Part shown: piece after piece, positions 38,041 through 47,890 of the stretch
How positions within the stretch are numbered: the first letter of the stretch is position 1
Layout of the letters: each line of letters opens with the position of its first letter
Assembly: GCA_013316395.1 (NCBI GenBank)
Contig: WSMU01000001.1
Span: 2,393 to 66,392, forward strand
Reading direction: 5' to 3'
Length of the DNA: 64,000 bases
From: Alphaproteobacteria bacterium
GTDB lineage: Bacteria > Pseudomonadota > Alphaproteobacteria > Rs-D84
Program-made: the position numbers and the translations under genes
The notes under the pieces: generated by a model
Databases searched by the model: none
Told to the model about the DNA's origin: nothing
The model's input: only the letters and a program-made list of their open reading frames with translations

Positions 38041-38511
38041 ATGGAAAAGAAACCAATTTCGCGCGCAGGATTTGATGCGTTGCTTAAAGAATTGAAGGAT
38101 TTAAAGGAAAATCAGCGGCCCGAGATTTTAAAAATAGTTCAGTGGGCCCGTTCCCTGGGGGATTTGTCTGAGAATGCTGATTACAGTGCAGCTAAAGAAA
38201 AACAGCGCCAGATAGACAAGCGGATACAGTTTATAGAAGGCGTTGTCGGAAACGCCAATGTTGTGGATGTTGAATCTTTGAGCGGTGATCGCGTCGTATT
38301 TGGCGCCAAAGTGGTCGCCGAAGACGATGATGGCAACCGGATGCAGTGCCGCATCCTGTCGGATATAGAGGCCGACGGGCGCAGTGTTATATCTTGCACA
38401 TCGCCGGTGGGGCGTGCGCTTATTGGGCGTTGCGTGGGTGATACGTGTGTGGTGCGTTTGCCATCTGGCGAGAAAGAGTATGAAATTCTGTCGGTTACGT
38501 TCAAGGAATAA
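38041..38511 (+). CDS. greA: Transcription elongation factor GreA
   Basis: N-terminal coiled coil plus FKBP-like C-terminal domain; 156 aa. Confidence 0.9.
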   Translation: MEKKPISRAGFDALLKELKDLKENQRPEILKIVQWARSLGDLSENADYSAAKEKQRQIDKRIQFIEGVVGNANVVDVESLSGDRVVFGAKVVAEDDDGNRMQCRILSDIEADGRSVISCTSPVGRALIGRCVGDTCVVRLPSGEKEYEILSVTFKE

Positions 38512-38517
38512 TTCGCG

Positions 38518-40320
38518 ATGTCTGTACGCGTTCTGCCGGATTTTTTAATTAACCAAATCGCCGCCGGCGAAGTGGTGGAGCGACCTGCGTCTGTTGTAAA
38601 GGAACTGGTGGAAAATGCGCTGGATGCCGGGGCTGACAATATTGTTATAGATGTTGCGGACGGCGGTCGGACCATGATATCGGTTATGGACAACGGCAAG
38701 GGGATGACGGCCGATGATTTAAAGATTGCCATTACCAGGCATGCGACGTCAAAATTGCCCGATGATGATTTGCTGAATATAAATTTTATGGGATTTCGTG
38801 GCGAGGCGCTGCCGTCAATTGCATCTGTGGCGGATATGACGATAGATACATTTCGCGCGGGGGATAAAAACGGCTGGCAGATAGACGCTAATACTGGGGA
38901 AGTTCGGCCGTGTGCGTGGGATTCGGGGACGCGTGTTCGCGTTAAAAATCTGTTTGGTAAGACGCCCGCGCGGTTAAAATTCCTGCGTGCGGACCGTGCG
39001 GAAATGGTTGGCGTTCTGGAGGTGGTCAAGCGCCTGGCGATGGCGCGGCCAGACGTTGGCTTTGTTCTAAACGACAAATGGTGTTTTTCAAAAAATCAGG
39101 ACCTGGAGGCGCGAATTGCCGACGTTATGGGTGATGATGTGCGGGGTAATATGCTGCGTGTGGATGCGGTATCGGCCAGTGATGCATCAATGCATTTACG
39201 TGGCTTTATCTCACGCCCGACTTTGCGTCGTGCATCCAGTGTGGACCAGTATTTGTTTGTCAATGGCCGTCCGGTCAAGGACAAGGTTTTAGTTAGCGCT
39301 TTGCGTGCCGCATACATGGATGTAATGCATGCGCGCGAGTTTCCGCTGTGCGCTCTTTATCTGACGCTGGACCCGCGAAACGTAGATGTAAATGTATCCC
39401 CCGCCAAGACAGAGGTTCATTTTTTAGAGCCGGCGCATGTCAGGGCTTTTATTATAAAATCACTGCGCAGTGTTTTGGCACAGACGATGAATGCGTCGCT
39501 TTCGCGACCGGCCGTGCCAGAAACTGTCGCGACCCCGGTTCAGCAAAATCTGACACCCAGGACGGATTTTCATCTGGGGCTGGCGCGGGCGCCTGTGGGG
39601 CGTATGCCGGAATTTAGCGCTATGCGTGTATGTGAGCCGGTGTCTGCTGCTGCGGACAATTTCGGACCCTTTGCATCTGATTTTTCGCATCGCCAGGTTG
39701 CCGGGTCGGTAAATGCCATGCCTGTTACGGAAAAGGTTTCCGATATCTTTGATGAAATGCCATTGGGGCGTGCAATAGGGCAGTTTGGGAATAAATACAT
39801 TATTGCGGCGCACAGTGACGATTTTATTATCGTGGACCAGCATGCCGCACACGAGCGTATAACATACGAGCGACTGCGTGCGCACTCTATAAAGGTTCAG
39901 CCACTGTTAACACCGATTGTCGTTACCTTGCGTGCGGAAGATGTGGCGGCGATATTATCCGTTGCGGAAGAATTGGCCGCGTGCGGATTAACACTGGATG
40001 CGTTCGGTGATGATGCCGTTGCGATTTCGGCAAAGCCCGCGGATTGGAGTTTGGACTGGGGCGCGACGCTGCGGGCGGTCGCAGACGAGGTGCGTGCGAA
40101 CGGCGCATCGGCCCAGTTGCATGAGAGATTGCATCTAAAGCTGGCTAATTTTGCATGTCATCACAGTGTGCGTGCCGGACAAAGGCTGGATATGGACAGT
40201 ATGAACGCATTGCTGCGGGATATAGAACGGACCCAGCGCGCGGGTCAGTGCAACCATGGCAGACCTGTCTATAAAATTATTCCCATGCATGAAATTGACG
40301 GCTGGTTCGAGCGCGCCTAA
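38518..40320 (+). CDS. mutL: DNA mismatch repair protein MutL
   Basis: GHKL ATPase motifs (ELVENALDAGA, DNGKGM); C-terminal dimerisation domain. Confidence 0.9.
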   Translation: MSVRVLPDFLINQIAAGEVVERPASVVKELVENALDAGADNIVIDVADGGRTMISVMDNGKGMTADDLKIAITRHATSKLPDDDLLNINFMGFRGEALPSIASVADMTIDTFRAGDKNGWQIDANTGEVRPCAWDSGTRVRVKNLFGKTPARLKFLRADRAEMVGVLEVVKRLAMARPDVGFVLNDKWCFSKNQDLEARIADVMGDDVRGNMLRVDAVSASDASMHLRGFISRPTLRRASSVDQYLFVNGRPVKDKVLVSALRAAYMDVMHAREFPLCALYLTLDPRNVDVNVSPAKTEVHFLEPAHVRAFIIKSLRSVLAQTMNASLSRPAVPETVATPVQQNLTPRTDFHLGLARAPVGRMPEFSAMRVCEPVSAAADNFGPFASDFSHRQVAGSVNAMPVTEKVSDIFDEMPLGRAIGQFGNKYIIAAHSDDFIIVDQHAAHERITYERLRAHSIKVQPLLTPIVVTLRAEDVAAILSVAEELAACGLTLDAFGDDAVAISAKPADWSLDWGATLRAVADEVRANGASAQLHERLHLKLANFACHHSVRAGQRLDMDSMNALLRDIERTQRAGQCNHGRPVYKIIPMHEIDGWFERA

Positions 40321-40392
40321 CCTTAACTATTTCCTTTACAGACGGCTGTTTTTTGTCTATTCTGGTGGCATAAAAAGACAAGGAGATTTTAA

Positions 40393-40701
40393 ATGGAAGG
40401 TGAAAATATTGCCGTGGCGACAGATGTAGTAACAAATGCCCCTAAGAATGATATGTGGGGGCTGCTGGCCTATTTGTTGGTCGTGTTCGGGATAATCTAT
40501 CTGTTCATGGTTCGCCCGCAGCGCAAGCGGATGGCGGAATATAAAAAGATGTTGGATTCCATAAAGGTTGGAAACCGCGTTATGGCGGCCGGTATTTACG
40601 GTGTTGTGAAAAAAATTGGCGAAAATACCTTGGATATTGAAATTGCCAAAGGTGTTGTAGTCGAGGTTAATAAAAACGCCGTCGCCGGTGTTCAGGAATA
40701 G
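40393..40701 (+). CDS. yajC: Preprotein translocase subunit YajC
   Basis: Single TM helix plus RPQRKRMAEYKKMLDSIKVGNRV, the YajC signature. Confidence 0.85.
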   Translation: MEGENIAVATDVVTNAPKNDMWGLLAYLLVVFGIIYLFMVRPQRKRMAEYKKMLDSIKVGNRVMAAGIYGVVKKIGENTLDIEIAKGVVVEVNKNAVAGVQE

Positions 40702-40724
40702 GTTTTCATAAAAGGTAGAATGGT

Positions 40725-42278
40725 ATGTTAAAAAAACTGGCAATAATATTCGTTGCGGTATTTTGTGTTTTGTTGGCCGTGCCAACCATGATGCCGGGGG
40801 CTGCAAAGTATTTCCCGTCATGGATTCGTCCGATACCGCTGGGCTTGGATTTAAAGGGTGGTGCGCAGCTGCTGCTGGAGGTGGATACCAACACAATGAT
40901 GCGTGAAAAGTCAGCGCAGCTATACGAAGAAACGCGCAGTGCGCTGATTGACCGCGACAAAGGTGTGGTACGTTTTTCCAATCTGCGTAATGTTGACGGC
41001 ACTGTTTCTTTTGTCGTTCGTGACGAGGCGGATGTTTCCAAGGCCAAGGGGCGCCTGAAAAGCGTTTTAGGCAACAGCGTTGACATAGATTCCGACGGTC
41101 GTACGATAACATTGTCTTATTCGGATAAGCAAAGGGAAGAAATGGTATCCGATGCATTGACGCGTAGCATAGAGATTGTGCGTCGGCGTATCGATGCGCT
41201 GGGTACAAAGGAGCCTTCTATCCAGACCCAGGGCGGAAAATATATTCTAATTCAGCTGCCCGGTGTTGATAATCCGGAACATATAAAAGAACTTATCGGG
41301 CAGACGGCAAAGATGACATTCCATCTTGTTAATGAAAATGTCCCGGCAGAACAGGTGACATCAGGTCGTGCGCCGGCTGGAACGGAATTTATGCCCTATA
41401 TGGATGCACCGGAGCAAAAGGTGGCTGTCTATTCGCGGGTAGAGGTGTCCGGTGAAAACCTGAAGGATTCTCAGGCCGACTTTGACCAGAATAACATGCC
41501 GGTTGTATCAACTGTATTTGATGCAACGGGTGCGCGTCGGTTTGCAAAACTGACAACGGAACATGTAGGCGAGCGTTTTGCAATCGTGCTTGACGGCAAA
41601 GTGTTGTCTGCCCCGGTTATACGTGAGCCGATTCCGGGTGGTCGCGGCCAGATTTCCGGTGGCTTTACACTGCAGGGGGCAAAGGATTTGGCGGTACTGT
41701 TGCGCAGTGGCGCACTGCCGGCGCCGCTGTCGGTGATAGAAGAGCGCACTGTTGGTGCGGGTCTGGGGGCGGATACGATTGAGCAGGGTAAAATCGGTTC
41801 GGCTGTTGGTGTTCTGTTCGTGCTGATATTCATGATATTCTTCTATCGTGGTTTCGGGCTGATTGCGGATATCGTATTGCTGGTTAACCTGGCGATGATT
41901 ATAGGAGTTTCCGCGCTGTTTGGGGCGACGCTGACGTTGCCGGGGATTGCGGGTATCGTGTTAACGCTGGGCATGGCGGTGGATGCAAACATACTGCCGT
42001 TTGAGCGTATTCGTGACGAAGTCCGTGCCGGGGTGCCTACTTTGCGGGCCGTTGATATCGGGTTCCATCGTTCCATGAAGACTGTTTTGGACGGAAACCT
42101 GACAAATTTGATTTGCAGCTTAATCTTGTTCCAGTTCGGTGCGGGGCCAATCCGTGGATTTGCCGTAACGCTATCGATTGGTGTTGTTACAACGCTGTTT
42201 ACATGCCTTGCATTGTCAAAGGTCCTAATCGACTGGTACATGAATGGCAAAAACAAGAAAATCGGTTATATAAAATAA
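40725..42278 (+). CDS. secD: Protein-export membrane protein SecD
   Basis: LGLDLKGG motif, large periplasmic domain and six C-terminal TM helices; secF follows. Confidence 0.9.
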   Translation: MLKKLAIIFVAVFCVLLAVPTMMPGAAKYFPSWIRPIPLGLDLKGGAQLLLEVDTNTMMREKSAQLYEETRSALIDRDKGVVRFSNLRNVDGTVSFVVRDEADVSKAKGRLKSVLGNSVDIDSDGRTITLSYSDKQREEMVSDALTRSIEIVRRRIDALGTKEPSIQTQGGKYILIQLPGVDNPEHIKELIGQTAKMTFHLVNENVPAEQVTSGRAPAGTEFMPYMDAPEQKVAVYSRVEVSGENLKDSQADFDQNNMPVVSTVFDATGARRFAKLTTEHVGERFAIVLDGKVLSAPVIREPIPGGRGQISGGFTLQGAKDLAVLLRSGALPAPLSVIEERTVGAGLGADTIEQGKIGSAVGVLFVLIFMIFFYRGFGLIADIVLLVNLAMIIGVSALFGATLTLPGIAGIVLTLGMAVDANILPFERIRDEVRAGVPTLRAVDIGFHRSMKTVLDGNLTNLICSLILFQFGAGPIRGFAVTLSIGVVTTLFTCLALSKVLIDWYMNGKNKKIGYIK

Positions 42279-42300
42279 GGCAGCAAAGGGGATTTTAGCT

Positions 42301-43164
42301 ATGAAACTGCACTTTATGAAATATAGGAAACTGTCGTACTGGATTTCTGGAATCCTGGTTGCGATTTCCATTGTGTCGTTGGCGGTACGTGGTTTGAACT
42401 ATGGCATTGATTTTGCCGGTGGTATTTCCATGGAGGTAACACCGGTGGCCGCGGATTATACAATTGATAAAATGCGTTCGGATTTATCCGCATTTAGTCC
42501 GGAGTTGCAGGCGGTCGATGGTGGTTCGATATTGTTGCGCGTGGGCCTGCCCAAGGGGGCAACCGATGCGGAGCAAAACGCACGTGTTCGCGATATAAAG
42601 CAAATACTGGGCAACAAGGTTGACTACTCCCAGGTTCAGATAGTTGGACCAAAAATCGGGAGTGAACTGGTTCGCGGTGGTATTCTGGCGATTTTGGTAT
42701 CCTTTGTTTTGATGAGTGTTTATATCTGGATTAGATATCGCGGCGGATATGCGGTTGGCTCGTTCGTGTCGCTGGTTCTGGACTTTATTTTAATGTTCGG
42801 ATTTTTCTCGGTTGTAGGGTTGGAATTTAATCAGACATCTATTGCGGTTATTTTGATGGGTATCGGATATTCCATAAACGACAAGGTTGTTAACTATGAC
42901 CGTATTGATGAAAATATCAAGAAATACCACAAGATGCCGATGACTGATTTGATAGACCTGTCTATCAATGAAATGATGCATCGTACGGTAATGACCAGCT
43001 TGTCTACAATTTTGGCAATGGTTGGACTGTACTTCTTTGGCGGCTTAATGCTACAGGATTTTGCAGTTGCGATGACGTTTGCGATTGTTATGGGTACTCT
43101 TACCAGTATTTATATCTCTAACGTTATACTGTATCACTTTAATCTGCGTGAGACTAAATACTAA
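42301..43164 (+). CDS. secF: Protein-export membrane protein SecF
   Basis: GIDFAGG motif plus the SecF TM bundle. Confidence 0.9.
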   Translation: MKLHFMKYRKLSYWISGILVAISIVSLAVRGLNYGIDFAGGISMEVTPVAADYTIDKMRSDLSAFSPELQAVDGGSILLRVGLPKGATDAEQNARVRDIKQILGNKVDYSQVQIVGPKIGSELVRGGILAILVSFVLMSVYIWIRYRGGYAVGSFVSLVLDFILMFGFFSVVGLEFNQTSIAVILMGIGYSINDKVVNYDRIDENIKKYHKMPMTDLIDLSINEMMHRTVMTSLSTILAMVGLYFFGGLMLQDFAVAMTFAIVMGTLTSIYISNVILYHFNLRETKY

Positions 43165-43182
43165 TATTACGGCGGGCGCCAA

Positions 43183-44703
43183 ATGGGGGGAATACGTATG
43201 AGACTAATAGGCTTGTTTTTATTTCTGTGTACCATTGCGGTGGCGCCCGCGCATGCCGAAAGTCTGTTTTTCGAGGATGAGCCCGTACAGCAGGGCCTGC
43301 GCGTCGCCGATGTATCGGCGACGTTTGCGGATATTTATCAAAAGCTTGACGGGGTAAAGTGGGGTGGAAAAAGCCTGAACGTGGCAATAGAAAGTCTGGA
43401 GCGGCTTAACAAAAAAGCACATATTGCCGCCACGGATGAACGTGTTGTTCTGGTTTGGGGTGATGATATTATTGCGAATTATCCACGTCCCGCCGCCGGC
43501 AACTGGGAAGGGTTTGGCGAAATAACAACGGCGTTGGTATTGAAAATGCGCGAGCGTGACGCAGATTTGCGCCGCCAATCGACAAGCGAGCTGTACCAGA
43601 CTGTCGTTGGTGCATTGATGGAAGGCGTGGATGAAAATGGCCGCTATATATATTCCCGGGCTGCCGAAATTGCAGAGGATGGGCGTCTGCTTACCAGTGC
43701 GGGTATTACAGGTACGCGCGATGAGCGTGGGAATTTTCGTGTAACGGGGATTTATAAGGGGTCCAGTGCGGATGCCGCCGGTGTTCGCGCGGGTGATTTG
43801 ATTTCGGAAATAAACGGCCGCCCGGTTGCAGAGATGACAGATGCGGACTTGGATGCTGTAATCAGCGGCTTTAATTCCGGTACGGCCAAGATAAAACTGC
43901 TGACGCCGGGTGGGGCGCGAAATGTTGTATTGCGGCGTGCGACGGTTGTGCTGGCGGATGCGGATGTTGTGCATCGCAGTGGGGCCGGGACAAACGGCGG
44001 TATATTGGAGATTATTGTTCATAATGTGTCCGACAGTGCGGTATCGATTGTGAACGAGGCGCTGGCTAAATACCCGGATGCAGAGGGGATAATTTTAGAT
44101 TTACGTGCCGCCACCGGCGATGACGAGCGTGCCGCGGCTAAGCTGGCAGGCCTGTTCGTGGGGGCGGTGCCGGTAATGAGAATTGTAGAAACAGCCCGTG
44201 ACGAGGTAGAGGTTGTCCCCGGTGGCAATGCGGTGACAAAGGCGCCGGCTGTTGTTTTGATGTCTAATCAGACGCGTGGCACGGCCGAGGCCATTGCCAG
44301 TGCGTTTTATGAAAATGACCGCGGTGTTTTGGTTGGAACGCCGACCGGTGGCATCGCCAGAATTGCGACACAGATTGATTTGAATAATGGCGGGGCGCTG
44401 GAACTGCTTAACAAGTCCATAAAGACGGGGGCGGGGCGCGTGATTGACGGACGCGGTGTTTTTCCGATTATATGTCTGTCTAATATCCGCAGCGCATCCC
44501 AGAGCGAGGCTTTCTTCCTGAATGTATTAAACGGCGACTTTCGTGCGACAGACTTTAACACAAAGGCCGAAGTTCCGGCAGAGGATATTAGACGCGGGTG
44601 CCCCGTTATTACCAGTGGTGCCGACGAGGATGCGTTGTCGTCTGCGGTGGCTATGAAAATTCTGACTGATAAAAAAGTATATAACAGGTTAATGGATAAA
44701 TAA
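43183..44703 (+). CDS. S41 (C-terminal processing/tail-specific) peptidase homologue; catalytic dyad residues apparently replaced
   Basis: Signal peptide, PDZ-like GDLISEINGRPV, and an S41 core. Where the Ser motif xSASASE is expected the sequence reads TRGTAEAIASAF; where TFGKGT is expected it reads PTGGIARIAT. Confidence 0.55.
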   Translation: MGGIRMRLIGLFLFLCTIAVAPAHAESLFFEDEPVQQGLRVADVSATFADIYQKLDGVKWGGKSLNVAIESLERLNKKAHIAATDERVVLVWGDDIIANYPRPAAGNWEGFGEITTALVLKMRERDADLRRQSTSELYQTVVGALMEGVDENGRYIYSRAAEIAEDGRLLTSAGITGTRDERGNFRVTGIYKGSSADAAGVRAGDLISEINGRPVAEMTDADLDAVISGFNSGTAKIKLLTPGGARNVVLRRATVVLADADVVHRSGAGTNGGILEIIVHNVSDSAVSIVNEALAKYPDAEGIILDLRAATGDDERAAAKLAGLFVGAVPVMRIVETARDEVEVVPGGNAVTKAPAVVLMSNQTRGTAEAIASAFYENDRGVLVGTPTGGIARIATQIDLNNGGALELLNKSIKTGAGRVIDGRGVFPIICLSNIRSASQSEAFFLNVLNGDFRATDFNTKAEVPAEDIRRGCPVITSGADEDALSSAVAMKILTDKKVYNRLMDK

Positions 44704-44720
44704 CTCTAAGGCGGGCAGGT

Positions 44721-45404
44721 ATGTTTTTAACAATAGAAAATAAAATGAAATGGCGTAGATTGGTGTTCGCTACGGTTATTGTTGCCGCTTTGATTGTTGG
44801 CGGGGTGCTGTGGTATGATGCGCCGGTATTGCTGTTCTTGCGGCAATTCGATTGTCTGTTTTGGCAAATTTTAAGTAATATTTTTGATGATAAAATTTGG
44901 GCCGCTGTATTTGCGGGGGCAGTGCTGGGGATTTATATAAGAAAATCACTGAAATCAAAGCCTAAGTTTAGAAATGGAAGAGGTAACTTTAGCTTGGGTT
45001 GTTTTGTTGACGATTTTTGGCAAAAAACAAAGCGTAGTAATGTGTTTTTGATATTTTGCTCTATCCTGGCGGCAGGTGTGGTAGTTCAGGTTTTAAAGGT
45101 ATGTTTTGGGCGCGCGCGTCCGCTGCTGTATGAGGCGTTAGAGTTTACAGGATTTTATCCGCCATCGTTTGACTGGGTGTTTAATTCGATGCCATCGGGT
45201 CATACGGCGATATCTTTTGCCGCACTGGTTATGATAGGAATGCTGGCGCCAAAGGTAAAGCCGCTGACGTGGACGCTGGCGGTGCTGATAGGTGTCTCGC
45301 GGGTATGCGTTGGCGACCATTGGCCGTCCGATGTGCTGTTCGGGGCCTTTATAGGTATGGTTGCCGCTGATTTGGTAAAGTGGTACATGCTGCGTGATAA
45401 ATAA
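44721..45404 (+). CDS. PAP2-family lipid phosphatase
   Basis: KVCFGRARP, PSGHTA and SRVCVGDHWPSDV, i.e. the three PAP2 motifs. Confidence 0.7.
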   Translation: MFLTIENKMKWRRLVFATVIVAALIVGGVLWYDAPVLLFLRQFDCLFWQILSNIFDDKIWAAVFAGAVLGIYIRKSLKSKPKFRNGRGNFSLGCFVDDFWQKTKRSNVFLIFCSILAAGVVVQVLKVCFGRARPLLYEALEFTGFYPPSFDWVFNSMPSGHTAISFAALVMIGMLAPKVKPLTWTLAVLIGVSRVCVGDHWPSDVLFGAFIGMVAADLVKWYMLRDK

Positions 45405-45457
45405 TTTGGCGTTTTATTCTTAAATTTATCCCTTTTTTGTGGTACAATTAGCTCATT

Positions 45458-47722
45458 ATGGATACGCAATCAAAATTTTTGCCGGCCAGTGTTTCTGGCG
45501 CATTGAAAAGTTTAGCCTTTCGTGCGGCGGGGGCTGCTATTTTAGTTTTGGGAATATGGATGTCTGGGGCCTTGATTTTCCACAATCCGTATCTGGACGG
45601 TTTTGCCACGGCCAGTACAATGGGGCGTCAAAGCATTATGGGAAATCTGGTCGGTGTTGTGCGATATCTGATAGGTTTTGTTCCAGCATTATTTGTTTTT
45701 TTATGTGTTGCGCGGCGGGGGCTGGTAATGCTGACCGGGGCGCGTGATGAAAATGCGCCTGAATATAATTTTATGCGCGGCTTTATAGCGGTATGCCTGG
45801 GGGCGGCCGGTTTCGGAATGATTATGCCGGGCGGTACTTTTGGGGGTATGGCCGGGGCCGTGGCGGCATCAGATGTGGCATCGCTGGTTGGGGCGTGGGC
45901 TGTCTTGCCTGGTATTTTATGTGTCGGTCTGTTCTTTGTGCTGGGGGCTATGGTATTGCATATAAAGTGGGCACATGTTCGGTCGGTTATAAATATTTTA
46001 TGGCGTTCTCTGATGTGGCTGATGTCTGTTTTTCATCTGACACGTGCGCCTTATGCGGCGCCATCTGACGCAGATGAGCAAGAGGGGGCGGAACAGGAGG
46101 AGGCAGATGTCGAAGATGATGAAGAAGAGGTTGAGATAGACGCGCCCGTTGCGCGGAAGCGTACGCGTGCAATTCGGCGCCGTGCGGCCCCCGCTGCCAC
46201 ACGCAGCGCGCCCGATGCGTCAGAGTACTGTTTCCCAGACCCTGAGTTTTTGGAAAAATCAGCGTTTGGTAAAAATGTTGTAACGCCAGAGCTGAAACGT
46301 AATGCTGCGTCCCTTGAAGACCATTTTGAAGAATTTGGCGTATATGGCAAGGTTGCCGGAATAAAGCCGGGGCCAATTGTAACCCTGTATGAGTTTGAAC
46401 CTGATACCGGCATGCGCATTGCAAAAATTACCGAAACGGTAAAGGATATGACGCGCGCCATGGCGACGGAAAATATTCGCATTGCACATATTCCACGTAC
46501 AAACTATATCGGTGTGGAAATGGTTAATCTGACCACGCAAATGGTTCGCTATAGAGGTTTGATAGAAAATCCGACGTTTGTAAATTCTAAGTATAAAATA
46601 CCGCTGGCGCTGGGTGTGGATATTGGTGGCAATCCTATGTATTACGACCTGGCAAAGATGCCGCATATGATGATTGCGGGGCGTACAGGTTCGGGTAAGT
46701 CAGTATTTGTTCAGTCTATTATAACGTCTATCGTTTATCATTTTTCGCCTGATAAATGCAAGCTGATTATTATCGACCCAAAGGGTGTTGATTTCGGATT
46801 CTGGGATGATATTCCGCACTTGATAACGCCGATTGTAAAGCTGGACCCGTCGGCGGCTGTTAATGCACTGAAATGGGCTGTCCGCGAGATGGAGGAGCGC
46901 TATAAGCAGTTACAGGTGCTAAATGCCCGTAATATAGAGAGCTATAATGAAACCGCGGCGCAAAAGCGTGCATCGGGCGAGAAGATAACGCGCCAGGTTG
47001 CCGTTGGAACGGACGAGGAAACAGGCGAGCTGCTGTTCGAAACGCAGGAAATAGATTTGTCCGATATGCCCTATATCGTGATTATCATAGACGAGGTGGC
47101 GGACCTGATGAGTTTGGCCCGCAAGGAGGTTGAGGCATGCGTTCAGCGTATCGCACAGAAGGCACGTGCGGCCGGAATTCATCTGGTTATGGCGACGCAG
47201 CGTCCCGATGCCACAACAATTACCGGTGTTATTAAGGCGAACTTTCCGACGCGTGTATCGTTTCAGGCGCGCAGTAACATCGACTCGCGTACTACGTTGG
47301 GCGAGGGCGGGGCGGAAAACCTGCTGGCGTGTGGGGATATGTTGTTTAGTGAGGCCGGCCGCGTTCCTGTGCGAATACACGGCGCCTTTATCTCTGATAA
47401 TGAGTTGTCGCAGATTGGGGACTTTCTGCGCAGCCAGGGGGCGCCGGAATATGCCTCTGGTGTTACCGATGGTGACGAGGCGGAGGATGCGTCCGCCGCG
47501 GCCCCGGCCGGTGGCGGCGCGGCCGCGTCCAAAGGGGACAAGGATGCGGATTTGTATACCCAGGCAAAGGAATGCGTTCTGCGCGATAAAAAGCCAACAA
47601 TTTCATATATTCAGCGCCGACTACAGATTGGCTATAACAAGGCGGCGACATTTATGGAGCGTATGGAGGCCGATGGAATCGTCAGTGCGCCCGATGCAAA
47701 CAACAAGCGTCATATATTATAA
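45458..47722 (+). CDS. ftsK: DNA translocase FtsK
   Basis: N-terminal TM domain, acidic linker, motor domain (GRTGSGKSV; MATQRPD) and C-terminal gamma (winged-helix) domain. Confidence 0.9.
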   Translation: MDTQSKFLPASVSGALKSLAFRAAGAAILVLGIWMSGALIFHNPYLDGFATASTMGRQSIMGNLVGVVRYLIGFVPALFVFLCVARRGLVMLTGARDENAPEYNFMRGFIAVCLGAAGFGMIMPGGTFGGMAGAVAASDVASLVGAWAVLPGILCVGLFFVLGAMVLHIKWAHVRSVINILWRSLMWLMSVFHLTRAPYAAPSDADEQEGAEQEEADVEDDEEEVEIDAPVARKRTRAIRRRAAPAATRSAPDASEYCFPDPEFLEKSAFGKNVVTPELKRNAASLEDHFEEFGVYGKVAGIKPGPIVTLYEFEPDTGMRIAKITETVKDMTRAMATENIRIAHIPRTNYIGVEMVNLTTQMVRYRGLIENPTFVNSKYKIPLALGVDIGGNPMYYDLAKMPHMMIAGRTGSGKSVFVQSIITSIVYHFSPDKCKLIIIDPKGVDFGFWDDIPHLITPIVKLDPSAAVNALKWAVREMEERYKQLQVLNARNIESYNETAAQKRASGEKITRQVAVGTDEETGELLFETQEIDLSDMPYIVIIIDEVADLMSLARKEVEACVQRIAQKARAAGIHLVMATQRPDATTITGVIKANFPTRVSFQARSNIDSRTTLGEGGAENLLACGDMLFSEAGRVPVRIHGAFISDNELSQIGDFLRSQGAPEYASGVTDGDEAEDASAAAPAGGGAAASKGDKDADLYTQAKECVLRDKKPTISYIQRRLQIGYNKAATFMERMEADGIVSAPDANNKRHIL

Positions 47723-47735
47723 AAAGCAGAAAGAC

Positions 47736-47769
47736 AAGAAGCCGGATATTTCCGGCTTCTTATTCTTTT
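47736..47769 (+). terminator. Rho-independent terminator after ftsK
   Basis: AAGAAGCCGGA-TATT-TCCGGCTTCTT followed by ATTCTTTT. Confidence 0.65.
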
Positions 47770-47890
47770 ATACTTTTACCAATACGTGTTGCAACATAAA
47801 CTAAGAAAGGTCGGACAATGTCAGTGTTTTTTATGCTTTTTTATCGACTGTGATTATGGTATAATTTATCCCAAAAGGAGAACTTTTATT

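Noticed and set aside
40321-40392. Weak hairpin ACAG-ACGG-CTGT plus T-run after mutL as a terminator
   Set aside because: The 4-bp stem is too weak to call, and yajC begins 50 bp downstream. It is more likely part of the yajC promoter/leader.
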